DNA from: an uncultured Oscillospiraceae bacterium
GTDB lineage: Bacteria > Bacillota > Clostridia > Oscillospirales > Ruminococcaceae
Direction of reading: 5' to 3'
Assembly: GCA_964525015.1 (NCBI GenBank)
Contig: CAZGFY010000007.1
Span: 2,414 to 66,413 of the forward strand
DNA: 64,000 nt
Shown: positions 36,930 to 47,310 of the stretch, in pieces
Numbering within the stretch: position 1 is the first letter of the stretch
Layout: each line of letters starts with the position of its first letter
Made by a program: the position numbers and the translations under genes
Notes under the pieces: generated by a model
Databases searched by the model: none
What the model was told of the DNA's origin: nothing
Seen by the model: the letters and a program-made list of their open reading frames with translations, nothing else

Positions 36930-37217
36930 ATGAATATCAAGCCATTATTTGATAAGGTGGTTTTAAAACCAGCTAAAAAACAAGAAACAAGCAAAAGTGG
37001 GATAATATTATCTTCACAAGCTCAAGAAACACCAGACTTTTTAGAAGTTGTTGCTGTTGGAGAGGGTAAAATAATTGATGGAGCATTAGTTCCAGTTAGC
37101 GTTAAAGTTGGAGATAAGGTGCTAATGGCAAAATATACAGGTACACAAGTTAAGCTTGAAAATGATGAATACACAATCGTTTCTCAAGATGATATTTTAG
37201 CAGTTATAGAGGATTAA
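36930..37217 (+). CDS. groES: Co-chaperonin GroES
   Basis: IKPLFDKVVLKP ... GIILSSQAQE ... AVGEG, 95 aa, directly upstream of groEL. Confidence 0.97.
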   Translation: MNIKPLFDKVVLKPAKKQETSKSGIILSSQAQETPDFLEVVAVGEGKIIDGALVPVSVKVGDKVLMAKYTGTQVKLENDEYTIVSQDDILAVIED

Positions 37218-37229
37218 TATATAGTATAA

Positions 37230-38882
<1,653 letters not shown>

Positions 38883-38946
38883 AAATCTTTTGATTTTTAA
38901 TATCCTAGTTTTACTAACAGTAATATTGAAAGAAAAAATAACAAAT

Positions 38947-38995
38947 AAAAAGGCTGTACCAAGCGTTAATATATGCAAGGTGTAGCCTTTTTGTT
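38947..38995. terminator. Terminator between groEL and the convergent peptidase gene
   Basis: AGGCTGTACC / GGTGTAGCCT stem (2 G-U pairs), an 18-nt loop, and TTTTTG downstream. Confidence 0.55.
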
Positions 38996-38999
38996 GTTT

Positions 39000-39686
39000 T
39001 TATAAGTATTTATTTAAATTATCATTCAATAGTTCGTGTTTTAATATATTACCATTATCGTTTTTAATAATATAGGCACGGGATTTATTATCTGATTTAA
39101 TAATACTGAATTCACCATCGATTTTAGCTAAGGCTGTATTATCTTCTAAAGCAATGCCGATTTCTTGATTAGTTAACATTTTATCAAACGTATGATTTTC
39201 AATTTCGTTGTAATGAGGGCAATGGGCAAAGTTTAAAAGGCTTAATCCCAAAAATTGATTAGGATAAAGAAAAGCGCTATAACCCCTGTTAAACCAGCAA
39301 AGTGCTCCAGCACTAAGCCCGGATAAAACAATTCCTTTTTCATAAGCTAATTTTAAAAGATTATTAGTGCCAGTATTTTGCCACACTTCCATCATTGTAT
39401 TAACATTCCCGCCACCAACATAGATAATATCAGTGTTTAGAATTTTATCTTTAATTTCATCATAAGATAAATTTTTACTAACTAAACACAAACTATCAAC
39501 AACACAGTTTAAAGCTGTAAAGTGTTTAGAAACACTCTCGATGTACCCTTGTGCATCACTTGAGGCAGTTGGAATGAATAAGAGTTTTGGTGTTTCTTTT
39601 TTTGCTAAACTGACTATAAATTTATCTATTAAAAGCGTTTCGCCTTTTGCAATTTCGCCACCACCAATAGCAACTATTTTTCCCAT
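39000..39686 (-). CDS. Peptidase E / S51-family (class-I glutamine amidotransferase-like) protein
   Basis: MGKIVAIGGGE start, IYVGGGN, and LSGLSAGALCW (nucleophile Ser context) typical of S51 dipeptidase E. Confidence 0.7.
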   Translation of the reverse strand: MGKIVAIGGGEIAKGETLLIDKFIVSLAKKETPKLLFIPTASSDAQGYIESVSKHFTALNCVVDSLCLVSKNLSYDEIKDKILNTDIIYVGGGNVNTMMEVWQNTGTNNLLKLAYEKGIVLSGLSAGALCWFNRGYSAFLYPNQFLGLSLLNFAHCPHYNEIENHTFDKMLTNQEIGIALEDNTALAKIDGEFSIIKSDNKSRAYIIKNDNGNILKHELLNDNLNKYL

Positions 39687-39727
39687 TTTAATAACCAGTC
39701 CTTTCTTTGAGCTTTTTGTTTTTATAA

Positions 39728-40240
39728 TTATAAATATAGCTTATAGCTAAATCCAAGCTTTGTTTTTTCTTGTTTAATAAAGCCAACGCTCTCAAACATT
39801 TTTTGAGAAGCGATGTTGTGCTCGTAAATCTCTTTGATATGAAGAGAAGAGAGTCCAAGTGATTTTCCGTAATCAATTAAAGAAAGGATAACTTTTTTAC
39901 CTATGCCTTTCCTTTGATAAGATATATCACCTATCACAATTGGCATATCTAACTCTGAAAAAGATACATCACCAATTGGCAAAAACTCACCATTATCTAA
40001 TATTTCAATAAAAAATAATTCCATATTTTCGTTAAGATAATTATACATTTGATTTAATTTATCTTTACTATATGGCTTTTTTACACCATCAACCATAAAA
40101 ACCGTATCTAAATTTTGATACCATTTAAGTGCGAAACAATGATTTCCATCGTATTTTCTTAATCTTAAATTATCATCTATTTTTATAATTTCAATTTTAC
40201 ATTGATTATCATTCACGCACATATAGTATCTCTCTTTCAT
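39728..40240 (-). CDS. GNAT-family N-acetyltransferase
   Basis: Acetyl-CoA loop YQRKGIGKKVILSLIDYGK and a C-terminal NIASQKMFESVGF motif. Confidence 0.8.
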   Translation of the reverse strand: MKERYYMCVNDNQCKIEIIKIDDNLRLRKYDGNHCFALKWYQNLDTVFMVDGVKKPYSKDKLNQMYNYLNENMELFFIEILDNGEFLPIGDVSFSELDMPIVIGDISYQRKGIGKKVILSLIDYGKSLGLSSLHIKEIYEHNIASQKMFESVGFIKQEKTKLGFSYKLYL

Positions 40241-40597
40241 ATATCAAATTCAGATAAATTAAACTTATATTTCTTAGGAAAAAGCTTTTTTAAACCTTTA
40301 ACAATTAATTTATCTTTTTTAAAAGCAATTTAAATTGCTCTGTTTTAATAAAAATACAAGTAGGACCTGATTTTAAGTCATTAAGCGAAATATTATTATC
40401 TAAAATTATTTCTTTTATAATTTTAGCATTAAGTTTACTTATAATTTTTATCCTTAATATCTATAATTTACTTTATACTAATTATACAAAAACTAAAAGA
40501 TATTTTCAAGATGTATAAATTTATGGTAAAATATTAAAAAAGGTGTTGACATTAACGCTTCGTAATAGTGTATCTTTATAAATAGGGGGTGAAGAAA

Positions 40598-41344
40598 ATG
40601 AATTATAAAACAAGTGAAATAGCGAAAATATCAGGAGTTTCATCGAGAACTTTAAGATACTATGATGAGATAAACCTACTAAGACCAAACAAAGTTGATG
40701 CTAATGGATATCGAGTTTACACAGATAATGAAGTAGATAAACTGCAGATGATACTTTTTTATCGTGAAATGGGTATGCCACTTGAAGAAATAAAAATGCT
40801 TATATCTTCAGATAATTTTGATAAAGAAAAGGCATTAGAATCTCATTTAAAAATTTTATATGAGAAGAAAAGTTTGCTTGAAGAAATGATTCTAAACGTT
40901 ACCCAAACAATAAAATCACAGAAAGAAGGTATACAAATGTCAAACAGTGAAAAATTTAAAGGATTAGAATTAATAGCTGAAAATGAATCAAAGTATGGAA
41001 AAGAGCTAAGAGAAAAATATGGCGATGAAGTTATAAATAAATCTTTTGAAAAAATTAAAAAAGGCAATTTTGATGATATTAAAAAAGCAACAGAAATATT
41101 GAATGATAGCCTAGTAACTGCTTTTAAAACAAATGATGCATCATCTAATGAAGCAGTAATCGCTTGCGATAATCATAAAAATTTACTACTGCTCACTTGG
41201 CCGGATGGAACTTATTCAAAGGAAAGTCAGCTAGCGTTAGTTGAAAGCTTTACAGAAGATGAAAGATTTACAAGTTATTATGAAAATATAGAAAAAGGCT
41301 TGATGGATTTTTTCTATAAGGCAACAAAAAATTATTGCAAATAA
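40598..41344 (+). CDS. MerR-family transcriptional regulator with TipAS-like C-terminal domain
   Basis: HTH YKTSEIAKISGVSSRTLRYYDEINLLRP ... GYRVYTDNEVDKLQMILFYREMGMPLEEIK. GGGGG SD. The ORF-track start at 40589 is a GTG inside the SD. TTGACA at 40546 has a 19-nt spacer to TATCTT, which would fit a MerR-type promoter (weak). Confidence 0.85.
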   Translation: MNYKTSEIAKISGVSSRTLRYYDEINLLRPNKVDANGYRVYTDNEVDKLQMILFYREMGMPLEEIKMLISSDNFDKEKALESHLKILYEKKSLLEEMILNVTQTIKSQKEGIQMSNSEKFKGLELIAENESKYGKELREKYGDEVINKSFEKIKKGNFDDIKKATEILNDSLVTAFKTNDASSNEAVIACDNHKNLLLLTWPDGTYSKESQLALVESFTEDERFTSYYENIEKGLMDFFYKATKNYCK

Positions 41345-41370
41345 AATTGATGAAATATATTATTAAATTA

Positions 41371-41418
41371 AAAAAACACAAATGCTAATTTTAAAAAAAT
41401 CGGCATTTGTGTTTTTTA
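41371..41418. terminator. Bidirectional terminator
   Basis: AAAAACACAAATGC / GCATTTGTGTTTTT. Confidence 0.8.
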
Positions 41419-41438
41419 TATAATTAAAATATAGTTAT

Positions 41439-42515
41439 TTATTTTTCGTTATAAACTGTGAATGTTTGGAATGCAAAGTCGGTGTTTTCTTTTTCAACTA
41501 TATCCATAATTATATACTGAACTTTTTCTTTTAAAAGTAGGTGTTCCGGAAGTGCGATAGGGAATGAATGATACTGAACTAATATATCAAGGCTTGACGC
41601 TGAATAATTATCAAAACGAACTATAATTGTGTCTGATTTTATTTCAGGAATTAATTTTAATTCTTCATTTATTTTATCAATAACAGTTTGCATTGTTTCC
41701 TTACTAGTTGAATAAATTAAACCAATGCTTATTTTTGTTCTTCTTAAATTCATTAAAGTCCAGTTTGTTATGCTATCATTGCTTAGTTTATTATTTGGAA
41801 CAGTGATTAAAGCGTTATCAAAAGTTCTAACTCTTGAAGAACGGAAATTAATCTCTTCCACAACCCCTTCAATACTACCAGTTGAAATCCAATCGCCGAT
41901 TTTAAAAGGTTTATCCATTAAAATCATAACACCAGAAAAGAAGTTTGAGGCTGTGTCTTGTGCTGCTAATGCAAATGTTAAACCGGTTAGCCCAAGGCCT
42001 GTAATAAGTCCTGCCACATCAAAATTAAGCTGGTCTAATATCATAACAACAGTTAGTGCGATAACTAATGCTTTAACTATATTAATAAAAAATCTTGAAA
42101 GTGTTTTGCTTTTATCCTCTAAGGCTTTTGCAAGATTAGGAAAAAAAATATTATAGTAGTTAATAAGATTTAATAATGAAACACAGATAAGCAAAACGCT
42201 CACTATATCAATAAAATCACCTGCTAATATGCTAATAATTTGTGAAATAGCAGATGGTAGAGGGAAGATTGCTAATAATAAATAAATACCAAAAGCTTTT
42301 AAACTGTATAATATTGGCTTTCTAAAGCTTTCAACAAAAGCGTTTTGGAATTCAGTAGATTTTTTGCGAAAAAACTTTGGAACAATTTTTAAAATTAAGT
42401 TTGTGATAGATTTTGCACCATAAAAAAATATAACAAATAAAAGTAAAGCAGTAGCTACACTTACCAATGAAAAACTAGTGATTAAATCCATCAATGCGTT
42501 GGTGACATAAAACAT
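41439..42515 (-). CDS. MscS-family mechanosensitive channel
   Basis: DKPFKIGDWISTGSIEGVVEEINFRSSRVRTFDNALITVPNNKL is the conserved MscS beta-domain block. N-terminal TM helices. Confidence 0.9.
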   Translation of the reverse strand: MFYVTNALMDLITSFSLVSVATALLLFVIFFYGAKSITNLILKIVPKFFRKKSTEFQNAFVESFRKPILYSLKAFGIYLLLAIFPLPSAISQIISILAGDFIDIVSVLLICVSLLNLINYYNIFFPNLAKALEDKSKTLSRFFINIVKALVIALTVVMILDQLNFDVAGLITGLGLTGLTFALAAQDTASNFFSGVMILMDKPFKIGDWISTGSIEGVVEEINFRSSRVRTFDNALITVPNNKLSNDSITNWTLMNLRRTKISIGLIYSTSKETMQTVIDKINEELKLIPEIKSDTIIVRFDNYSASSLDILVQYHSFPIALPEHLLLKEKVQYIIMDIVEKENTDFAFQTFTVYNEK

Positions 42516-42597
42516 AAAATATCTCCTTTTGATATATAATAAAGTATGGAATATAGTAACACCTAATTAAAAAAAAGTCAAATTTTAATAAAAACAC

Positions 42598-42626
42598 TTG
42601 ATTTTTTGTTTAAAATGAATTATACT
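42598..42626 (+). promoter_or_regulatory. Promoter of the FMN riboswitch/ribU transcript
   Basis: TTGATT 42598-42603, a 17-nt spacer, TATACT 42621-42626. Confidence 0.55.
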
Positions 42627-42639
42627 AAATTTGTAAACA

Positions 42640-42770
42640 AAGTCTGTTTCAGGGCGAGGTGTAATTCCTCACCGGTGGTTATAGTCCACGAGCTGGAAAA
42701 TATTTCTGGTTGATTTGGTGAAACTCCAAAACCGACGGTATAGTCCGGATGAAAGAAACAAGCATTTTTT
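42640..42770 (+). promoter_or_regulatory. FMN riboswitch (RFN element)
   Basis: Conserved RFN blocks AGGGCGAGGTGTAATTCCTCACCGGTGGT, ATAGTCCACGAGC, GATTTGGTGAAACTCCAAAACCGACGGT and ATAGTCCGGATGAAAGAAAC. P1 pairs GTTTC with GAAAC. Confidence 0.93.
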
Positions 42771-42784
42771 TGTGCAATAATTTT

Positions 42785-42827
42785 CGCCCTATTTAAGATT
42801 TTTTGATTTTAAATAGGGTGTTTTTTG
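42785..42827 (+). terminator. Expression-platform terminator of the FMN riboswitch
   Basis: CGCCCTATTTAA / TTAAATAGGGTG stem followed by TTTTTT. Confidence 0.85.
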
Positions 42828-42893
42828 TTTTCAAAATAAATACTTGCAAAGAAACAAGACATAATAATTATTATTGTATTTATGGAGGAAATT

Positions 42894-43493
42894 ATGAGTA
42901 CACAATCAAAAAGAAAACCAATGGACACAAGAAGACTAACAGGAACAGCTATGCTTGCGGCATTAGCGTCTGTTTTAATGTTTATTAACTTTGTGCCCCC
43001 GTTAATGCCAAGTTTTATCAAAATGGATTTTTCAGAAATGCCAGCCCTGCTTGCAACTTTTGCTTATGGGCCTATGTATGGCGTTGCCGTTTCATTAATT
43101 AAAAATCTAGTGAACTTACTATCAACTTCAACTGGTGGTGTTGGCGAATTATCAAACTTTATTTTAAGTATCACATTTATTATCCCAGCAGGGCTTATCT
43201 ATCAAAGAAATAAAAGCAAAAAAGGTGCTATAATTGCAGCTTTAGTTGGTGGGATTTTAATGGCTCTTATGAGCGTTCCGTCTAATTTATATGTTGTTTA
43301 TCCGATATACACAGCGTTTTTGCCGATGGAAGCTATTATTGGAATGTATCAAGCAATACTTCCAAGCGTTGATAATTTATTAGAAGCTTTACTAATTTTT
43401 AATATGCCATACACATTTATTAAAGCTATGCTTAATTTATTAATAGTTAGCCTTATATATAAGCCACTATCACCTATACTTCACAAAAGATAG
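42894..43493 (+). CDS. ribU: ECF-type riboflavin transporter S component RibU
   Basis: GGAGG 8 nt upstream of ATG 42894. About 190 aa, 5-6 TM, LTGTAMLAALASVLMFI N-terminus. Controlled by the FMN riboswitch. Confidence 0.85.
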   Translation: MSTQSKRKPMDTRRLTGTAMLAALASVLMFINFVPPLMPSFIKMDFSEMPALLATFAYGPMYGVAVSLIKNLVNLLSTSTGGVGELSNFILSITFIIPAGLIYQRNKSKKGAIIAALVGGILMALMSVPSNLYVVYPIYTAFLPMEAIIGMYQAILPSVDNLLEALLIFNMPYTFIKAMLNLLIVSLIYKPLSPILHKR

Positions 43494-43495
43494 GC

Positions 43496-43525
43496 TTGAC
43501 AAAATATTATAATTAATGATATAAT
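43496..43525 (+). promoter_or_regulatory. Promoter of the SAM riboswitch/metK transcript
   Basis: TTGACA 43496-43501, an 18-nt spacer ending in TGa, TATAAT 43520-43525 (extended -10). Confidence 0.6.
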
Positions 43526-43548
43526 ATTACACGAAAAGTAAATACTAC

Positions 43549-43650
43549 ACTTATAAAGAATGGCAGAGGGACTGGCCCTATGAAGCCTAGCAACCTATCT
43601 AAATTAATAGAAAAGGTGCTAAATCCAGCGGTGAAACCGAGAGATAAGTA
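43549..43650 (+). promoter_or_regulatory. SAM-I riboswitch (S-box)
   Basis: CTTATAAAGAATGGCAGAGGGACTGGCCCTATGAAGCCTAGCAACC ... AAGGTGCTAAATCCAGC ... GAGAGATAAG. All S-box core blocks are present. P1 pairs CTTAT with ATAAG. Confidence 0.93.
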
Positions 43651-43659
43651 GCTTATAAA

Positions 43660-43688
43660 GCCCAAGGTTTTGCCTTGGGCATTTTTTA
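43660..43688 (+). terminator. Expression-platform terminator of the SAM riboswitch
   Basis: GCCCAAGG-TTTTG-CCTTGGGC followed by ATTTTTT. Confidence 0.85.
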
Positions 43689-43710
43689 TGCAAAAGAAAG
43701 GAATTTTAAA

Positions 43711-44862
43711 ATGAGAAAAGAATTTTTTACATCTGAATCAGTTACAGAAGGGCATCCAGATAAAATCGCAGACCAAATTTCAGACGCTGTGCTAGATGCT
43801 ATATTAGAAAACGACCCAGACGGGCGTGTTGCTTGCGAAACCTGCGTTACAACGGGGCTTGTAATGTGTATGGGCGAAATTACAACAAATTGCTATGTTG
43901 ATATTCCAAAGCTTGCAAGAAATGTTATAAGAGATATTGGATACACAAGAGCAAAATTTGGCTTTGATAGCGAAACTTGCGCTGTTATGACAACGATTGA
44001 TGAGCAATCAGTTGATATTGCACTTGGAACAAATGATGAAGTTGGTGGAGCAGGCGATCAGGGTATGATGTTTGGTTTTGCTTGCGATGAAACTAAAGAA
44101 TTAATGCCACTTCCAATTTCACTAGCTCATAAATTATCAAAAAGGCTAACTGACGTTAGAAAAGATGGAACTTTAGAATATCTAAGACCAGATGGTAAAA
44201 CACAAGTTACAGTTGAGTATGATGATGGCGTGCCAACTAGAATTGATACAGTTGTTGTATCTTCACAGCACGGGCCAGAAGTATCTTTAGAAAAATTAAG
44301 AGAAGATATTATAAACACTGTTGTAAAACCAATCATTCCAGCTAATCTACTTGATGAAAACACAAAATATCACATAAACCCAACTGGGCGTTTTGTGGTT
44401 GGTGGACCACAAGGGGATAGCGGATTAACAGGAAGAAAAATCATAGTAGACACTTACGGCGGATATGCTCGTCACGGTGGCGGTGCCTTTTCAGGCAAAG
44501 ACCCAACTAAGGTTGATAGAAGTGCAGCTTATGCAGCAAGATATGTTGCGAAAAATATAGTTGCAGCTGGATTTGCTAAAAAATGCGAAGTTCAATTAGC
44601 TTATGCAATCGGCGTGAAAGAGCCAGTTTCAATTTTAGTTGAAACTTTTGGCACTAACACAGTTGAAGTTGAAAAAATCGAAAAAGCAGTTGCACAAACT
44701 TTTGATTTAACACCAAAAGGAATTATCGACACGCTAGAACTTAGAAAACCAATCTATCGTAAGTTGGCAGCTTACGGACATATCGGAAGAGAAGACCTAG
44801 GCGTTAAATGGGAACTAACAGATAAAGCAGAAGAACTAAAAACAGCAGTAGCTGGTATGTAA
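43711..44862 (+). CDS. metK: S-adenosylmethionine synthetase
   Basis: [46 protein letters not shown]. The ORF-track start at 43675 lies inside the riboswitch terminator. ATG 43711 is preferred. Confidence 0.97.
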   Translation: MRKEFFTSESVTEGHPDKIADQISDAVLDAILENDPDGRVACETCVTTGLVMCMGEITTNCYVDIPKLARNVIRDIGYTRAKFGFDSETCAVMTTIDEQSVDIALGTNDEVGGAGDQGMMFGFACDETKELMPLPISLAHKLSKRLTDVRKDGTLEYLRPDGKTQVTVEYDDGVPTRIDTVVVSSQHGPEVSLEKLREDIINTVVKPIIPANLLDENTKYHINPTGRFVVGGPQGDSGLTGRKIIVDTYGGYARHGGGAFSGKDPTKVDRSAAYAARYVAKNIVAAGFAKKCEVQLAYAIGVKEPVSILVETFGTNTVEVEKIEKAVAQTFDLTPKGIIDTLELRKPIYRKLAAYGHIGREDLGVKWELTDKAEELKTAVAGM

Positions 44863-44939
44863 TAAAATTAATTGATATTTAAAAAGTCGAAAATATAAAG
44901 TTTTCGACTTTTTTTGATAAAAAACGACATTTTATTAAT
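44548..44939 (+). repeat. Direct repeat A, copy 1 (metK 3-prime 315 nt + terminator + 23 nt)
   Basis: Compared by eye base for base with 46781-47172 (offset 2233). No difference found over 392 bp. Confidence 0.9.
44881..44916 (+). terminator. metK terminator
   Basis: AGTCGAAAA-TATAAAG-TTTTCGACT followed by a T-run. Confidence 0.85.
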
Positions 44940-45069
44940 GATATGTTAATATAGAATATTATATATATTAACATATATTGGGTATAATAATATTGTAACT
45001 AGTTATAATGCGATAACAATTAATTATTTAAAACAATTATTAGAAATTTATTTGATGGAGGTAATAGTT

Positions 45070-45780
45070 ATGAAAAAATTAGTCAGTATTTTAATTGCTC
45101 TATCTATGGTGGTTGGATTATCACCGTCTGTTTTTGCTAATTCAAGTGGAAGCACTATTGTACTGAAAAGTGATGGCATTACACTCGATAAAACATTTGA
45201 AGTTTTTCCAGAGGTTGAAAAAATATCTAATATGTATAAATCGAATATCGGGAATATTCTTCAAGCTCAAGTATTTGATTCAAACTACAATATTGTATTA
45301 GATACTATTGAAGTTTATTCACAAGAAAAAATTATATTAGAAGATGAAATAATTTATGAGTATAAAGTTAGTGTTGAGTCAAATGGAGATATAAATATTG
45401 CGAGAGTATTTGGGCCAAAAACAACATTGTCTGGAGGGTGGGAATACTACTCATTTGGGAAGAGTCTAAGAAATGGTATAGCTCAATTTACAGGACATAA
45501 TGGAAATGGTCAACCAGTACATGTGATATTGTCAAATGTATACATATCAATATACAATGGTGTGAACGTTCCAGATACTTTACCTGCTACAGGTCACTTT
45601 ATTGGAGGTTCTGTAGGTAGTTCATTTATAGGAGCTGGCTTTGAAAGTGGATATAATATAAACGAATTAAGGTCAGAGTTTGTTATACGTGAGACGGATG
45701 TAGATGCATACGCTAAATTTGGGGATGTAGCAAGATTTCGAGTAGGAGATGATACATGGAAATTCGATGTGTTTCTATAA
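45070..45780 (+). CDS. Secreted hypothetical protein, cassette 1 (X1)
   Basis: GGAGG 8 nt before ATG 45070. Sec signal peptide MKKLVSILIALSMVVGLSPSVFA. Paralogue of 47311..48003 with shared blocks YEYK..V..NG..NIARVFG, GGW.YYS, NGIA and DTW.F. Family not recognised. Confidence 0.7.
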   Translation: MKKLVSILIALSMVVGLSPSVFANSSGSTIVLKSDGITLDKTFEVFPEVEKISNMYKSNIGNILQAQVFDSNYNIVLDTIEVYSQEKIILEDEIIYEYKVSVESNGDINIARVFGPKTTLSGGWEYYSFGKSLRNGIAQFTGHNGNGQPVHVILSNVYISIYNGVNVPDTLPATGHFIGGSVGSSFIGAGFESGYNINELRSEFVIRETDVDAYAKFGDVARFRVGDDTWKFDVFL

Positions 45781-45865
45781 TAATTTTAGAAAATAAAAAT
45801 GTTCTTTACTGTAGTTAGATAGCCAAATATACTTTAGATATAGCTAATAAGTCAAGGAGGATATT

Positions 45866-46717
45866 ATGAAAAACCTTATCACAGTAAGTATAATATTATT
45901 AGTGATTTTAACTGGATGTACTTCGAGTGAAACATCAAAAGAGAATTTAACAGCTGATGAAAGTAGTGAAAAATTAGTTTATTTGCAAGAGATAAATTCA
46001 GCATTAGAAAAATCGAACGAATTTGAAACTATTGAAGTTCAGGGTGTTTACACTTTAAACGGGTATACACAAATGAGCACCAGATTATTTTCAAGAAATC
46101 CTAATATGTATTATCTTTATCCAACTAATAAAGAAGATGTACCATCTGGGGCATATTATGAAAATATCTATATAGAAGATGAAAACGTTATCGGAAGTAT
46201 AAGGGATGCATCATTTAATGGTGGTAAGGAAGGTGAGTTAGCATTTATTGAAACTGAGATTGATACTATTTTTATAGAAGGGGAATTTACTTCTAATATC
46301 TTTGATATGGGATTAACTCAAAGTATAGATTTTATAAAAAGTATAGAAAAGGAAGATAATGTTTACACTTTAATAGCTAGTGATGCTTATTTTGAAAATG
46401 TGCGTGAGAATACAATAGAAAATATTAAAGAGCAAGGAAAAGAATTGCCAGAAGAAATGCAAGGGATTGTTAGCCAAAATATTGCATATATCGAGAGCCA
46501 AGAAAGCCCAAAATTAACAGTTATAATAAATATTGAAGATGAAAAAGCTATAAAAATAGAGCAGATAAGCAGTATGATGGCTTCACAATTTGCAGAAAAT
46601 TATACAGTCACTCAGGAAAAATTCTTAACGGAAAGTAATACCAAAATGCTTGTAATAAGATTTAATGATGAAGAAATAAGAAATGAAATCTTAAAAGTTT
46701 ATGATATGTATAAATAA
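45866..46717 (+). CDS. Hypothetical acidic lipoprotein, cassette 1 (Y1)
   Basis: AAGGAGG SD. Lipobox LTGC. Paralogue of 48123..48974 with shared blocks YL.EIN.AL, FETIE, SIEK.DNVYT..ASD.YFE and an identical C-terminal IRFNDEEIRNEILKVYDMYK. Confidence 0.7.
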   Translation: MKNLITVSIILLVILTGCTSSETSKENLTADESSEKLVYLQEINSALEKSNEFETIEVQGVYTLNGYTQMSTRLFSRNPNMYYLYPTNKEDVPSGAYYENIYIEDENVIGSIRDASFNGGKEGELAFIETEIDTIFIEGEFTSNIFDMGLTQSIDFIKSIEKEDNVYTLIASDAYFENVRENTIENIKEQGKELPEEMQGIVSQNIAYIESQESPKLTVIINIEDEKAIKIEQISSMMASQFAENYTVTQEKFLTESNTKMLVIRFNDEEIRNEILKVYDMYK

Positions 46718-46786
46718 TGCTAAAAAGAGTGGCGAAAGTCACTCTTTTTTCATATAATAATTTAATAAATAAAAGAAAGGGCGAAA
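46659..46786 (+). repeat. Direct repeat B, copy 1 (lipoprotein-gene tail + terminator + 36 nt)
   Basis: Matches 48916-49044 except for one synonymous aat/aac change and one extra A in an A-run. Confidence 0.85.
46722..46750 (+). terminator. Terminator after Y1
   Basis: AGAGTGGC-GAAA-GTCACTCT (GNRA-type tetraloop) followed by TTTTT. Confidence 0.8.
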
Positions 46787-47095
46787 AATATAGTTGCAGC
46801 TGGATTTGCTAAAAAATGCGAAGTTCAATTAGCTTATGCAATCGGCGTGAAAGAGCCAGTTTCAATTTTAGTTGAAACTTTTGGCACTAACACAGTTGAA
46901 GTTGAAAAAATCGAAAAAGCAGTTGCACAAACTTTTGATTTAACACCAAAAGGAATTATCGACACGCTAGAACTTAGAAAACCAATCTATCGTAAGTTGG
47001 CAGCTTACGGACATATCGGAAGAGAAGACCTAGGCGTTAAATGGGAACTAACAGATAAAGCAGAAGAACTAAAAACAGCAGTAGCTGGTATGTAA
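46781..47095 (+). pseudogene. metK: metK 3-prime fragment (last 104 codons), duplicated copy lacking the N-terminal two thirds
   Basis: The ORF-track entry 46847..47095 is identical to the MetK C-terminus. Homology starts at 46781 ([12 protein letters not shown]...). There is no canonical start codon or SD of its own. Confidence 0.85.
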
Positions 47096-47113
47096 TAAAA
47101 TTAATTGATATTT

Positions 47114-47149
47114 AAAAAGTCGAAAATATAAAGTTTTCGACTTTTTTTG
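47114..47149 (+). terminator. Duplicated metK terminator
   Basis: Same hairpin as 44881-44916. Confidence 0.8.
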
Positions 47150-47310
47150 ATAAAAAACGACATTTTATTAATATAAAATTTAAAAAAAATTATTATTGTA
47201 GTTAAGTTTTTAACCTATAATATAAATGTAATCGATTACTTTTATATAGAACTTAATTTGTAATGGTTCTATGACATTTGGATGTATAGTGGGATAAGGG
47301 GGTAATTTCA

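Larger units (their letters stand above)
46781..47172 (+). repeat. Direct repeat A, copy 2
   Basis: Identical by eye to 44548-44939. Confidence 0.9.

Noticed and set aside
40546-40576. MerR-type operator palindrome inside the 19-nt spacer of the putative MerR promoter
   Set aside because: Only a minimal ACG-N3-CGT dyad is present, too weak to call an operator.
41725-42156. 143-aa plus-strand ORF
   Set aside because: It lies antisense within the MscS gene, whose product carries strong family motifs.
42803-43021. ORFs 42803..42988 (+) and 42809..43021 (-)
   Set aside because: They overlap the FMN riboswitch terminator and the ribU start region. ribU, with a GGAGG SD, explains the coding signal.
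46847-47095. 82-aa ORF in the track, read as an independent small gene
   Set aside because: It is base-identical to the metK 3-prime end, has no SD, starts at an internal GTG and sits behind a terminator. Treated as part of a duplicated gene fragment.
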